Sequence record: PZ445502.1
Origin: a phage
Length of the DNA stretch: 50,979 nt
Direction: 5' to 3' (one strand)
Under the pieces are notes generated by a model. The model was given only the letters and a program-made list of their open reading frames with translations. It did no database searches and was not told where the DNA came from. Of this stretch, positions 28,138 through 37,652 are shown piece by piece (the stretch's first letter is position 1; every line of letters starts with the position of its first letter). The translations under genes were made by a program, and so were the position numbers.

Positions 28138-30135
28138 ATGATTCCAAATATCGAAAAACAAATATCAGCGTTAGGCGAGGCAGTAATAAAAAGCATCCAA
28201 GAGCGATTCACGGTTGGCAATATAGTGCCTTATCCTTATCAGTGCGTTGCGTATGCCGAGATCGCAAAGCGCATGAAAAACTATGAGCATCCTTTCTTTG
28301 TTAAGGCTTCTGTGTCGGCTGGCAAAACATTGATGTTTGCGATGGTTGCGGCGCAATGCCGAAAAATGGGATTGAAAATGATGGTCCTTGCTCGCCAGGC
28401 TGAAATTGTTGATCAGGATTCGGAAGAGATCAGCAATCTTGGAGTGCCAAACTCAATCTATTGCGCCGGACTGAAAACAAAAAGCGCATACTTTCCGATC
28501 GTGGTCGGTTCTGAGGGCACTGTAGTAAACGGATTGTTTAAGTCGTTAGGTGATTATGTTCCGCACGTTATCGGTATTGATGAATGTCACCAGGTGGATT
28601 GGGAGGATCTCGCGGACGCGATAGAAAATAATGAATCTTACCAGCAGATGACCACTAAGAAGGATTTGCCAGTGCTGATTGGAGAAGAACAGCAATTTGA
28701 TTCCAATGGCGATCCAATGTTCGGAACAGGACGCACACAGTACACCGTAATAATCATGGAAATGATGCGCAGGTGTCGCGAGGCATACGGGCACGAATTG
28801 CGAATATTCGGTATGACTGGATCTGAATTTCGCGGCGTGGTTCCAATACTGGTTGAAGATAAGAACAAAAAGGGATTCTGGCGTGAGCAGGTGACTAACA
28901 TAGACACAAACTACTTAATCAAATTCGGTTCGGTAGTGCCAACAAACTTCGGCGACGTAGGCGACCTGGGTTATGACCTTTCAGAGTTCGAAGCCAGTAG
29001 CGAGGATGGCGTTTCAGACTTTGACGCTAAAACATTGCGCAAGATGGAAGAAAAGATCCATCAAGACGCAACAATGACACAGAAAATCATGGCTAAAGTC
29101 CATGAGATATGCAAAGACAGGAACGGAGTTTTAGTTACATGCGCAGGGGAAAGACACTGCAAGGAGGCCGCCGCCGCACTGCCGCCAGGCGTTGAATACA
29201 GGATCATAACTGGCAAGACTGGAGATAATCAGCGTAAAGAGTGGCTGAGGGAGGCATACGAGGGAAAAGTAAAATACATCTTCCAGGTACAGGCGCTTAC
29301 CACTGGCGTTAACGTTCCGTTTTGGGATACTTCGGTAATACTGAGAAAGATAGGATCTCTAACATTGCTTATCCAGCTTTTGGGGCGCGGTATGCGACTG
29401 CTTAAGCAATGGCACATTGAGCAGGGATTCAAGAAAAAAGACCATCTTGTATTGGATTTTGCCGGTACTATGGATGAGTTAGGGGATTTGTATTTCGATC
29501 CAATCCTTGAGCAAGCGCAATTCCAAAAGAGATTTACAAACGGGAAAGAGCCTAAGACTTGTCCGATATGTGGAACGCTAAACAGCTTTTACGCTCGCCG
29601 ATGTATGCACGTAGACGATAACGGGAAGAGATGCGAGCATTTTTGGACTTACAGAATTTGCGAGGACCAGGTAGATCCGAGAACGAAAAAGATAATCAAG
29701 CGCGGTTGCGGAACAAAAAACGACGTAGTGGCGAGAGTATGCCGTTGTTGCGATATTTCTCTTGTCGATCCTAACGAGAAGTTAAGCGGTAAGCACTACA
29801 CCAAAAACGATTGGTGCAACGTTAAATCTTTCCGCGTTGATATGACGAAAAACCAGAAAGGAATTATTTTTTGCTATGAGCTTGAGGCCAACGGCGACAC
29901 GTTCAAGGCATACGAAAGATTTTTCCCTGAGTCAGAAAGCAACATTTGCAGGACGATATGGAGAAAAATAGCATTGCAGCACATACCGGATCGCAAGATT
30001 GCTGGTATGGTGGCGAGCTATAGAAATGCGCGTAAAATAATGTCATACGCTCATCACATCATGCCGCCTGTACGAGTAACGCATCGCAAAAACGGCAAAG
30101 GTGAGGATAACATTGCAAAACGGGAGTTTGTTTAA
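28138..30135 (+). CDS. SF2 DNA helicase with C-terminal Cys-rich zinc-binding region
   Basis: 665 aa; Walker A SAGKT; DECH box; multiple CxxC pairs near the C-terminus. Confidence 0.75.
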   Translation: MIPNIEKQISALGEAVIKSIQERFTVGNIVPYPYQCVAYAEIAKRMKNYEHPFFVKASVSAGKTLMFAMVAAQCRKMGLKMMVLARQAEIVDQDSEEISNLGVPNSIYCAGLKTKSAYFPIVVGSEGTVVNGLFKSLGDYVPHVIGIDECHQVDWEDLADAIENNESYQQMTTKKDLPVLIGEEQQFDSNGDPMFGTGRTQYTVIIMEMMRRCREAYGHELRIFGMTGSEFRGVVPILVEDKNKKGFWREQVTNIDTNYLIKFGSVVPTNFGDVGDLGYDLSEFEASSEDGVSDFDAKTLRKMEEKIHQDATMTQKIMAKVHEICKDRNGVLVTCAGERHCKEAAAALPPGVEYRIITGKTGDNQRKEWLREAYEGKVKYIFQVQALTTGVNVPFWDTSVILRKIGSLTLLIQLLGRGMRLLKQWHIEQGFKKKDHLVLDFAGTMDELGDLYFDPILEQAQFQKRFTNGKEPKTCPICGTLNSFYARRCMHVDDNGKRCEHFWTYRICEDQVDPRTKKIIKRGCGTKNDVVARVCRCCDISLVDPNEKLSGKHYTKNDWCNVKSFRVDMTKNQKGIIFCYELEANGDTFKAYERFFPESESNICRTIWRKIALQHIPDRKIAGMVASYRNARKIMSYAHHIMPPVRVTHRKNGKGEDNIAKREFV

Positions 30136-30554
30136 TGGCTATAACTGATAAAGGAGATTATCTTGAGTTTTACGAAAGAGATCCAACCGACACTAGAAAG
30201 GAAGTTAATCACCAGATAGATAGCTTTCAGTGGTTGACTTATGCTCATCCTTACTTGCTGGCGTGGCATACGGTAAACGAGAATGAGAAGTCTAAAGCAA
30301 CGGCGATGATTGATCAGCAGTCCGGCTTGGTTAAGGGTGTAAGCGATTTCATCATCCTGATTGGTTTAAACGGAAAATACCCATTTGCAGCGATTGAGAT
30401 CAAACGAGTGAATAAATCAGGCAAGGGTAAAGCATCACCAGTCAGCGATGAACAAAAGGCTTTTTTGCGTCGAGTTCGCAGCTTAGGAGGATTCGCTGCG
30501 GTCGCCTACGGATTTAATCAGTTTAAGTTGGCTATTGAATACATGCTTAAATAG
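30135..30554 (+). CDS. VRR-NUC domain nuclease
   Basis: 139 aa; acidic/Lys motif IEIKRVNKSGKG...Q..FL typical of VRR-NUC; ATGA overlap with helicase. Confidence 0.5.
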   Translation: MAITDKGDYLEFYERDPTDTRKEVNHQIDSFQWLTYAHPYLLAWHTVNENEKSKATAMIDQQSGLVKGVSDFIILIGLNGKYPFAAIEIKRVNKSGKGKASPVSDEQKAFLRRVRSLGGFAAVAYGFNQFKLAIEYMLK

Positions 30555-30594
30555 CACTTTTTGTTAAAACTTGCGCGATGGATTGCGCCATAAT
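30550..30594 (+). promoter_or_regulatory. motif-class promoter (motif, 22 nt, CATAAT)
   Basis: overlaps the stop TAG; GCGC inverted repeat in the spacer. Confidence 0.5.
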
Positions 30595-30633
30595 TCAATA
30601 ACACGAGATAGCTTTTAATAGCGGAGAAATGAA

Positions 30634-31359
30634 ATGGCTAAAGATATTTTAGATAAAGACACCCATGACGCATTCGTTAGCTTTGAGCAGTTGGAGAGAG
30701 AAACATTTATAGGGAATGCCCTTGCAACTGGAGGCCATTACCAGGCAGTAAAGCCAAATCAATATTATAAGGTAAGCGGCAACCGATACGCTGGAAGCAC
30801 TACGCCGGACGTTGTGCGCGATATGTGGAGCACACCTCAAGAGATCGTGGAGTGGATGGAATCAGAATTTGGCGAATACGATCTCGACGCGGCAGCAAGC
30901 CAGGAAAACGCAGTTTGCGAGAAGTTCTATAGCAAGGAAACAAACTGCTTAAAGCGTTGGTGGGGTAGCAACAAGCACGTATGGCTTAACCCGCCGTACA
31001 GCAACCCAACTCCATTTATCAAGAAAGCAATTGAGCAAATGGAGCACAACAACCAAATTGATGTTTTGTTGCCATCCGACAACTCTACAGCATGGTTTTA
31101 TGAGGCGCAGAAAAACGCGGCTGAAATCATCTGGATCACTGGCGAGGTTTACGAAGAGGGGGGAGTGGAATATTCCCGCACCGGAAGAATCGCCTTTGTG
31201 TCTGGATTGACTGGCGAGCCTGTACAGGGCAACAATAAGGGGAGCGTGATTTTTGTCATGCGTAAACTTAAAGAAGGCGAAGAGCAGAAAACGCGATACG
31301 TTAAGATCAGCGATATTTGTCCTTCTGTTACCGAACGCCGAGCACGCAAACGGAGTTAA
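30634..31359 (+). CDS. DNA N6-adenine methyltransferase (Dam-like)
   Basis: 241 aa; NPPY motif (WLNPPYSNP). Confidence 0.75.
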   Translation: MAKDILDKDTHDAFVSFEQLERETFIGNALATGGHYQAVKPNQYYKVSGNRYAGSTTPDVVRDMWSTPQEIVEWMESEFGEYDLDAAASQENAVCEKFYSKETNCLKRWWGSNKHVWLNPPYSNPTPFIKKAIEQMEHNNQIDVLLPSDNSTAWFYEAQKNAAEIIWITGEVYEEGGVEYSRTGRIAFVSGLTGEPVQGNNKGSVIFVMRKLKEGEEQKTRYVKISDICPSVTERRARKRS

Positions 31360-31363
31360 TACG

Positions 31364-31603
31364 ATGGAAAAAGAGAGAAGCGTTTTACTTAATGAGGATG
31401 GCGAATTTCTTTTATATCGCGCTATGGTGTGCGACTGTATGGAAAAAAATTCGTTCGTTAAGCCATATATTGATTGCGATTTGTGGGAGTTTTCCGGCTG
31501 CCTGGATATGAGTTTTGAGGAAACTAGAAAACATCCTCTTGAAAAATGGCATGAAATAATTGCTAAAGACCTGCAAGAATTTTACGATTCAGCGATCAAA
31601 TAG
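31364..31603 (+). CDS. hypothetical protein
   Basis: 79 aa from ATG 31364, 4 nt after the Dam stop; ends with AAA TAG inside the motif. Confidence 0.45.
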   Translation: MEKERSVLLNEDGEFLLYRAMVCDCMEKNSFVKPYIDCDLWEFSGCLDMSFEETRKHPLEKWHEIIAKDLQEFYDSAIK

Positions 31604-31643
31604 CACTTTTTGTTAAAACGCCCGGCCTAGTGTCGGGCATAAT
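31599..31643 (+). promoter_or_regulatory. motif-class promoter (motif, 22 nt, CATAAT)
   Basis: GCCCGGC...GTCGGGC inverted repeat in the spacer. Confidence 0.5.
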
Positions 31644-31675
31644 TATTTCAACGAAACAAACATGAGGAAATAAAA

Positions 31676-31855
31676 ATGGTAGTATTCGATAAACGCGCTT
31701 TTAATCTTGCTCAAGAGGTGGCAAAAGGTTCAGTGGATGGCGGTTCAAAGGAAGGATTCCAGTTTGATTGGGAGATCGCAATGTTTTTACTGAAAGTTGC
31801 ATACGGTCACGCACCAATTGAACAAGCGGAGGCATATTATAAGCATGAAGGTTGA
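31676..31855 (+). CDS. hypothetical small protein
   Basis: 59 aa, not in the ORF track; GAGGAAA SD; overlaps the next start. Confidence 0.4.
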   Translation: MVVFDKRAFNLAQEVAKGSVDGGSKEGFQFDWEIAMFLLKVAYGHAPIEQAEAYYKHEG

Positions 31856-32087
31856 GCAAGGAAGAGATGCGGTATGGAATCACGCTAAAGAATGCGGTAT
31901 TGCCGACGACATAAAGAAGATCGCGCAATACTTTGATATTGCAGATGTGAGCATAATTAGCGGCGACAAGATGACTTTCCTCAAGGAAAGGCCGCGAAAA
32001 ATGGTAAGAGTTCCAGCAGTTCCAACAAAAATTGATTTCAAAGAGGCAATGGCTAAAATCCGAGAGCCTCGCAAATATTATAAATGA
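31845..32087 (+). CDS. hypothetical protein
   Basis: 80 aa from ATG 31845 with GGAGG upstream. Confidence 0.4.
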   Translation: MKVEQGRDAVWNHAKECGIADDIKKIAQYFDIADVSIISGDKMTFLKERPRKMVRVPAVPTKIDFKEAMAKIREPRKYYK

Positions 32088-32181
32088 GGATAGTTATCAT
32101 GTGGCGCTTGTTTGTTCTACCGTTACCCGTTATCATCGCTGTTACAGTTATGTACCATATAGTGATGAGATAGGTAGCAGA

Positions 32182-33297
32182 ATGAAAAATGTAAAAATTA
32201 CAGATGAGCAATTCAAGATCGAACGGGCGGCGGGTAAGACATATAAACAGATCGCTCAAGAGTACGGAATGAATGTGAGAAGCGTCGAGCGTCGCGCGGC
32301 GCGTCTTGCAAAGCAAGGCCAGGTATCCACCATTGGAGCGCCTGGTTTTGGCGTTCATGGTGAGTCAGTAATGACTGACAAAGAAGGCAACATAATCCTA
32401 AAGTGGACTAAAACCAGCAAGGATAAAGAGCAATTAGAAGCATTAATGCGCGCAGCAATGGAGGCATTTAGCGAGGAAGTTCCGCGATTAGATCCGGTCC
32501 CATTACAGGAGCGCGACTATAACGAAACGCTTTCCTTGTATCCGATCTTTGACATGCACTTAGGCGCTATGGCCCATAAGCACGAATGCGGCGAAAATTG
32601 GGATACTGCCACGGCAGAGCGCGTTATGAATAACTTTATCGACTATGCTTTAATGTGCGCACCGGATAGCGAAAAGGCTGTCATCCTGATTGGTGGCGAT
32701 ATGCTGCATAGCGACGGCCTGGAGGCGGTTACACCTGCAAGCGGTCACGTACTGGATCAAGATAGTCGATATGCAAAATTGGTTTACGTTGCCATCCGTG
32801 CAATGCGACGCGCAATCAATAAAATGTTGTTAAAGCATAAACATGTTGAAGTCCAGATCGTAGAGGGCAATCATGACCAATCAGGAATGATTTGGCTACG
32901 CGCAGCAATGGCGGCAGCATATGAAAACGATCCGCGCGTTTACGTTGATGTTTCCCCTCGCGTTGTGCACCACACGCAATACGGAAAAACTTTCCTTGCG
33001 TACCATCACGGGCACACAGTGCGTAAACCGGAGACTTTGCTAATGATGTGCGCGTCAGATTGGCGGGAGGACTTCGGAAACTCAAAAACGATGTATGCGC
33101 ACGTAGGGCACTGGCATCACCAGACCGTGACAGAAACGTCGCTTGGCATCGTTGAGGTGCATAGCACCCTGGCTGCAAAAGACGCATACGCCGCGCGAGG
33201 TGGCTGGAGATCTCGACGCCGTGCGGCGGTTATCATTTACGACAAAGAGCATGGAGAAGTGGGGCGATTTGTTCACTATCCAGAAATGATGAATTGA
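32182..33297 (+). CDS. metallophosphoesterase (calcineurin-like) with N-terminal HTH-like segment
   Basis: GDMLHSDG, GNHDQSG and GHWHH metal-site-like motifs; N-terminal 70 aa basic/HTH-like. Confidence 0.5.
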   Translation: MKNVKITDEQFKIERAAGKTYKQIAQEYGMNVRSVERRAARLAKQGQVSTIGAPGFGVHGESVMTDKEGNIILKWTKTSKDKEQLEALMRAAMEAFSEEVPRLDPVPLQERDYNETLSLYPIFDMHLGAMAHKHECGENWDTATAERVMNNFIDYALMCAPDSEKAVILIGGDMLHSDGLEAVTPASGHVLDQDSRYAKLVYVAIRAMRRAINKMLLKHKHVEVQIVEGNHDQSGMIWLRAAMAAAYENDPRVYVDVSPRVVHHTQYGKTFLAYHHGHTVRKPETLLMMCASDWREDFGNSKTMYAHVGHWHHQTVTETSLGIVEVHSTLAAKDAYAARGGWRSRRRAAVIIYDKEHGEVGRFVHYPEMMN

Positions 33298-33342
33298 TGA
33301 ATTTTTATTTAAATCAATGACAAATTAAATCAAAAACTTGCA

Positions 33343-33372
33343 AGGGGGCGGCGTTTGTCGCCTCTTTTTTTT
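33343..33372 (+). terminator. terminator-like hairpin plus T-run
   Basis: GGCGGCG..TCGCC followed by nine T. Confidence 0.45.
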
Positions 33373-33442
33373 GTTTAATTTTTTACCATGTGCGTTTATC
33401 ATGCGGTCAATATATTGACTTTAATTAATATGGAGAATAAAA

Positions 33443-33658
33443 ATGAAAGATTTTATTAACGCAGCTACCGCCGGATCTGGCGGTTCATCTATCGCAAGCG
33501 CCGCTACAGGGCAGTTAACCATTGCTATTGCCAGTTTTGTTTTAATGGCTGCATTCGGTGCGTGGGGCGCTTACCTTCGCTGGCGTGATAGTAAAAAATT
33601 CCACGAGGCGATCGAAAAAGGTGATATTCAAAAAGCTATTGAGATCAGGGGCAAGTAA
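33443..33658 (+). CDS. holin
   Basis: 71 aa; single hydrophobic helix; charged C-terminus; directly upstream of the endolysin. Confidence 0.55.
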   Translation: MKDFINAATAGSGGSSIASAATGQLTIAIASFVLMAAFGAWGAYLRWRDSKKFHEAIEKGDIQKAIEIRGK

Positions 33659-34149
33659 TGAGCATAAAGAACAGGGTAGCGGCGGCGGCCTTTGGCGTTG
33701 CGGTTGCCTTGACTTCTCCACTTCTTGAAGAGATCGAAGGGGTAAGATACAAGCCATACAAAGATATTGCGGGAGTATGGACGGTTTGCGCAGGAATCAC
33801 CGGACCCGATGTTATCCTGGGGAAAACGTACACTAAAAAAGAGTGTGATGCTTTGTTGGCTAAGCATATCCAGGTTGCTAAAAAGGAAGTTGACAAGCAA
33901 GTTAAGGTTTACATTCCTGATAGTATGCGTGCAGCAATGTACTCATTCACTTACAATGCAGGTGTGGGAGCTTTCAGAAATTCAACAATGCTGAAACTCA
34001 TCAACCAGGGGAAATTAAACGAGGCTTGCGATCAGCTTTATCGTTGGACTTATTACCATAACCCAAAAACAGGAAAGCGAGAGAAGTCTAAAGGCTTGCT
34101 TAACAGGCGCAAGGTCGAATACAAATATTGCACAATGGATCTTAAATGA
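33658..34149 (+). CDS. SAR endolysin (T4-lysozyme-type muramidase)
   Basis: 163 aa; N-terminal weakly hydrophobic signal-anchor-release segment; catalytic E-D-T spacing in EEIEG...YKD...T. Confidence 0.7.
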   Translation: MSIKNRVAAAAFGVAVALTSPLLEEIEGVRYKPYKDIAGVWTVCAGITGPDVILGKTYTKKECDALLAKHIQVAKKEVDKQVKVYIPDSMRAAMYSFTYNAGVGAFRNSTMLKLINQGKLNEACDQLYRWTYYHNPKTGKREKSKGLLNRRKVEYKYCTMDLK

Positions 34150-34541
34150 TGAAGAAATTTTTACTTACACCAATCGCAATGGCGGTGATCTTGTCTGGAT
34201 GTTCAAGCGTTACGCCACTGACCGGATTAATCGGCAGTAAGCCGGAAATCACAGCGCAGGCTGGCGCGGAGAACGTGAAGCAGACAGTTGGCATTACAGC
34301 AAGGCAGGACGCCAGCACAAAACAGGAAACCACAATAAAGGAATCTGCGGTTGACAAGGTGGACACGTCCAGCAAGAAGGATTTCACAACATCAACCATT
34401 CAGGCCAATACCATCAAGGCAGACAAAATTCAGGTCGTGCAGGGTAATAACGGCAGATGGTACGATCCAGTAATCATATGCGTGGTTGTGTTTCTTGTGC
34501 TGATTTGTCTTTACTGGATAGAAAAGAAAAAGGAGGCTTAA
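34146..34541 (+). CDS. unimolecular spanin (lipoprotein with C-terminal transmembrane helix)
   Basis: 131 aa; lipobox LSGC at the N-terminus and C-terminal TM helix, as in the T1 u-spanin. Confidence 0.6.
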   Translation: MMKKFLLTPIAMAVILSGCSSVTPLTGLIGSKPEITAQAGAENVKQTVGITARQDASTKQETTIKESAVDKVDTSSKKDFTTSTIQANTIKADKIQVVQGNNGRWYDPVIICVVVFLVLICLYWIEKKKEA

Positions 34542-34556
34542 CGCCTCCTTTATTTT
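34518..34556. terminator. bidirectional rho-independent terminator
   Basis: AAAAAGGAGGCTTAACGCCTCCTTT flanked by A-run and T-run, between convergent operons. Confidence 0.65.
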
Positions 34557-34780
34557 TATGCGTCGGGCCACATATGGCTTTCGTTTGTTGGCTTGTTCGA
34601 TTCGTCGTACTTCCTTACTTCAATGCTGCAAGTGTCGCCGTATAGTCCTGCAATCTTGCGCTCATTTTCAACCGCCGATTGCTCACTCCAGCCTGAATCC
34701 TTATCGTAAACTGTCGGGATTTCAGAAGAAGATCCATTTGCATGATTGTATACGCGAACTACTAAAAACTTGCTGGACAT
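34556..34780 (-). CDS. hypothetical protein
   Basis: 74 aa from ATG 34780 with AAGGA SD (track start 34831 lies upstream). Confidence 0.4.
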   Translation of the reverse strand: MSSKFLVVRVYNHANGSSSEIPTVYDKDSGWSEQSAVENERKIAGLYGDTCSIEVRKYDESNKPTNESHMWPDA

Positions 34781-34817
34781 AATTTTTCCTTTTTGGTTGT
34801 TTCGTTTCGATGAAACA

Positions 34818-34862
34818 AATATACCCGACACAAGGTCGGGAGTTTTAACAAAAAATGCTATT
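34818..34862 (-). promoter_or_regulatory. motif-class promoter (motif, 22 nt, TATATT)
   Basis: CCCGAC...GTCGGG inverted repeat in the spacer. Confidence 0.5.
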
Positions 34863-35052
34863 CCATACGCTTTACTGTAACCAATAACACACCATCATCA
34901 TTGCATAAAACGTGTTCATTGGTGCTAAAAGCGCGCATATCTGAATAAAGCAGCGTAAGTAACGCATGAATAAAATCCTCATGTGATATTGAATTTACGG
35001 CGCAGTGCTTCAAGATCTTGTCTATTAGCTTTTGCCTGGAACAATTCATCAT
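34858..35052 (-). CDS. hypothetical protein (uncertain; overlaps the upstream gene)
   Basis: 64-aa ORF whose stop TAG lies inside the motif like other genes; overlaps 34979..35374 by 74 nt. Confidence 0.25.
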   Translation of the reverse strand: MMNCSRQKLIDKILKHCAVNSISHEDFIHALLTLLYSDMRAFSTNEHVLCNDDGVLLVTVKRME

Positions 35053-35374
35053 CGCCCATCTCCCCTATTCTAGCCATATCCCTGATCCAGTCGTTGCGCA
35101 TACCATCCAGGCTATACAATTCGAATCCGAAAGGCCGCTTTGACGATCCTTTGGACCAGTATTTTCCGCAGACTCCATCTATATAACCAGCCGTCATCAT
35201 TCTTGCGCAAAATTCCTTAGATGCAAGGCTGGCGAACATTCGCGGCGTAAGTCCGGCGGCCCGTGCGAGCCGCTCACATTCTCTATGCTGATAGATAAAT
35301 TTGGCTATGTGCTGCCTGTTAAACCAATCGTATGACTCACACCATTTATACAGATCAAGCAAAAACATAATCAT
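34979..35374 (-). CDS. hypothetical protein
   Basis: 131 aa; ATGA-type coupling to the upstream NTPase gene. Confidence 0.45.
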   Translation of the reverse strand: MIMFLLDLYKWCESYDWFNRQHIAKFIYQHRECERLARAAGLTPRMFASLASKEFCARMMTAGYIDGVCGKYWSKGSSKRPFGFELYSLDGMRNDWIRDMARIGEMGDDELFQAKANRQDLEALRRKFNIT

Positions 35375-36951
35375 CCCAGCAGTATTGGATTGACAAAAAT
35401 AACACCATTAATCACACAAACATAATTTCTTTCTTCCAGCATTGGCAGTAAGTGCCCTTCTATCCTTTTCATTACGCCAGCCTGACCAACGAAAGGTTTT
35501 ACCTTTCTCGCTGATTCGTACAGGGCGCGAATATTCAGGATCCCTTTGTTAGCCTTGCCGTGCCTCGTGATCAATTCAATCAATTTACCCATTTCAGCAT
35601 CATCACCAGCATAACCAGAAGCATTGGCGGCGCTAATGTATGTTTTGCTCAATTCCTGAAACATGATCAACGCCTCTTGCATTGTTTCCACGTCGATCTC
35701 TTTCGACTTCTGCGGGTATCCGGCAGGATTAAACCAGTTACGGATAACATGCAGGACGGAAGCAAGCCTGATCACCTGTTTATCCATTTTACCCAGCGCA
35801 CCGCGTAACATTGTATGAGAATACTTTCCTCCGTCTGCAAGATGCGGTTCCATATCCTGGCGAGCAATGTTGAGCACTCGCATAGCTGAACGGCTTATTT
35901 TCAGCGATATATTTGATTCGCTCATGATGTTATGCACCAATTGATAATATTGGGCTTTCAATTCAGAATCCACCGCCTCATAGGTAGAATCACCATTTTC
36001 ATCAATGAATGAGCGACGGCCTAAGAATGATTCCTCGCGGACCAACAAAAAACGCTCACTAACACCGATGCCTCGCGAACCAGCGTCCATGATTCCGCTT
36101 ATCGTTTCATCCTGGGCTATAACGCTCATACATCCAAGCGCGCGAAAACTCATATTATTGTCAGCATTAGCACGGGCAATTGATACGTGACCATTATCCC
36201 ACGCCTTAAGCACTAACTCACTGTTAGTCTTCCTTTCGCTATTTGCATAGGTCAAACCTAACAGACTGTTAATACTTGTTGCTTCATCAGAAATTACGGC
36301 AAAGTTACCTTGCTTGTTGTTGATTTTCGCCAAGCCTTCTGGAGTTGTATCTGAAACAGGAAAAGTTATATCACACATTTTTTCCAGCTTTTCCTCCAGA
36401 TCCTCTTTTTCCTGGTATAGAGATTCCATATCAGCGCCGGATCTTTCGCTTTTCATCTCCTTTGCAAGACCTGCCAGCTTTGCCTGTATTTTCTTTCTTT
36501 CCTTGCGGCGTTGCTCGTTGATCTTCTCAACTTCCGCAATCATCGGAGCAATAGCCATGCTGTTGATCGCAGATTTACCAGTTGACGGCGGCTGGCTTGT
36601 AACGACGTAAAGCGCAGTCGGCTGATCGGTTCCGTGATAGTCAACCGTAAAGCGTCCAAGCATAGCGGCAGAAATGCAGCCGATAAAGTGCATGTAAGCC
36701 GATGATTCAGGGAATTGAACGGATCGCGCAATGCTGCGTGATAACTTGCCGACAACATCAATATCATTACCAAGAGAAATAACGGGGTAGCGATCGTGAC
36801 CGCTATTCACATCCTTTACGTCGCCCCAAAAGCTGGACGACTGGCGATAGCCGTTAGCCTGAATTGATACGCGAACTGGTGAAAGGTTCTGGCTTTCAGC
36901 CATAGCGATTATTTGCTGTGGAGTTAATTTGTTCGTTTCTAATGAAAACAT
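35371..36951 (-). CDS. P-loop NTPase of unknown function
   Basis: 526 aa; Walker A SQPPSTGKSA and Walker B-like FAVISDEAT; AAGGAG SD; largest early gene. Confidence 0.55.
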   Translation of the reverse strand: MFSLETNKLTPQQIIAMAESQNLSPVRVSIQANGYRQSSSFWGDVKDVNSGHDRYPVISLGNDIDVVGKLSRSIARSVQFPESSAYMHFIGCISAAMLGRFTVDYHGTDQPTALYVVTSQPPSTGKSAINSMAIAPMIAEVEKINEQRRKERKKIQAKLAGLAKEMKSERSGADMESLYQEKEDLEEKLEKMCDITFPVSDTTPEGLAKINNKQGNFAVISDEATSINSLLGLTYANSERKTNSELVLKAWDNGHVSIARANADNNMSFRALGCMSVIAQDETISGIMDAGSRGIGVSERFLLVREESFLGRRSFIDENGDSTYEAVDSELKAQYYQLVHNIMSESNISLKISRSAMRVLNIARQDMEPHLADGGKYSHTMLRGALGKMDKQVIRLASVLHVIRNWFNPAGYPQKSKEIDVETMQEALIMFQELSKTYISAANASGYAGDDAEMGKLIELITRHGKANKGILNIRALYESARKVKPFVGQAGVMKRIEGHLLPMLEERNYVCVINGVIFVNPILLG

Positions 36952-36979
36952 TCGTTAGCTTCTCCTTTGTGGGCCGTAA

Positions 36980-37025
36980 ATTTTAACGGCCCAATACTAC
37001 CCCGTTTTGTCAAAAAGTGCTATTT
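36980..37025 (-). promoter_or_regulatory. motif-class promoter with TTGACA in the motif, 22 nt, TAAAAT
   Basis: minus strand AATAGCACTTTTTGACAAAAC; hairpin GGGCCGTTAAAATTTACGGCCC encloses the -10 box. Confidence 0.5.
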
Positions 37026-37241
37026 GATCCGCTCTATTGCAACCAGAAGTCGATCAGGATGGCGGTCGCTATAGCATTCCCCCATGATCCCATCCTTAAA
37101 CGTAAAGTAAAGAGCCTTATGATATGAAAAACCAATCAGCCAACCTACCGCCGTTTTTTTGATGGGCCTGACTATATCGCCAGGCTTGAAAGTCTTTGTG
37201 GTAGAATTCGTTACTTTGTAACGGTTTTCACTGTTTATCAC
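37020..37241 (-). CDS. hypothetical protein
   Basis: 73 aa; stop TAG inside the motif. Confidence 0.4.
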   Translation of the reverse strand: MINSENRYKVTNSTTKTFKPGDIVRPIKKTAVGWLIGFSYHKALYFTFKDGIMGECYSDRHPDRLLVAIERIK

Positions 37242-37624
37242 AGATATTTACCCTCAAAAAGATAACAGCCGCCAGCAGAGAATCCGACCTCTTCACGGTA
37301 CAGGTTCCAGCGGTCGCCGCACTCATCAAAAACATAACCCGCAACGCTTCCAAGCGGTCGCCCTTTCTCGATCTGGTATCGCTTTCCCTGCTTAAAGTGC
37401 TTTTTGCACGGCATGTTATGATCTACAAACGTGCAAAGAACGGTTTTTGTGTTAATGACGCGGTAATCATCTCGGTTTGCTGGAAGCCAGCGGCTACCCT
37501 TAACAAGCGTCTTAACCTGGAATTCTTCCACCTCGATCACATCATTACTTCCTGCAATCTTCTGATAAACCGTTTTAAATCGGCCTTTCATCAATACGTT
37601 GGTTTCATTACAGATAACATTCAT
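37238..37624 (-). CDS. hypothetical protein
   Basis: 128 aa; overlaps the downstream start by 4 nt. Confidence 0.4.
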   Translation of the reverse strand: MNVICNETNVLMKGRFKTVYQKIAGSNDVIEVEEFQVKTLVKGSRWLPANRDDYRVINTKTVLCTFVDHNMPCKKHFKQGKRYQIEKGRPLGSVAGYVFDECGDRWNLYREEVGFSAGGCYLFEGKYL

Positions 37625-37652
37625 GATCAGATCTCCTTTGTTTGTTCGATGT

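Noticed and set aside
32032-32181. Track start of the metallophosphoesterase ORF at 32032 (421 aa)
   Set aside because: It starts on a non-ATG codon and overlaps 31845..32087; the ATG at 32182 gives a clean start downstream of that gene.
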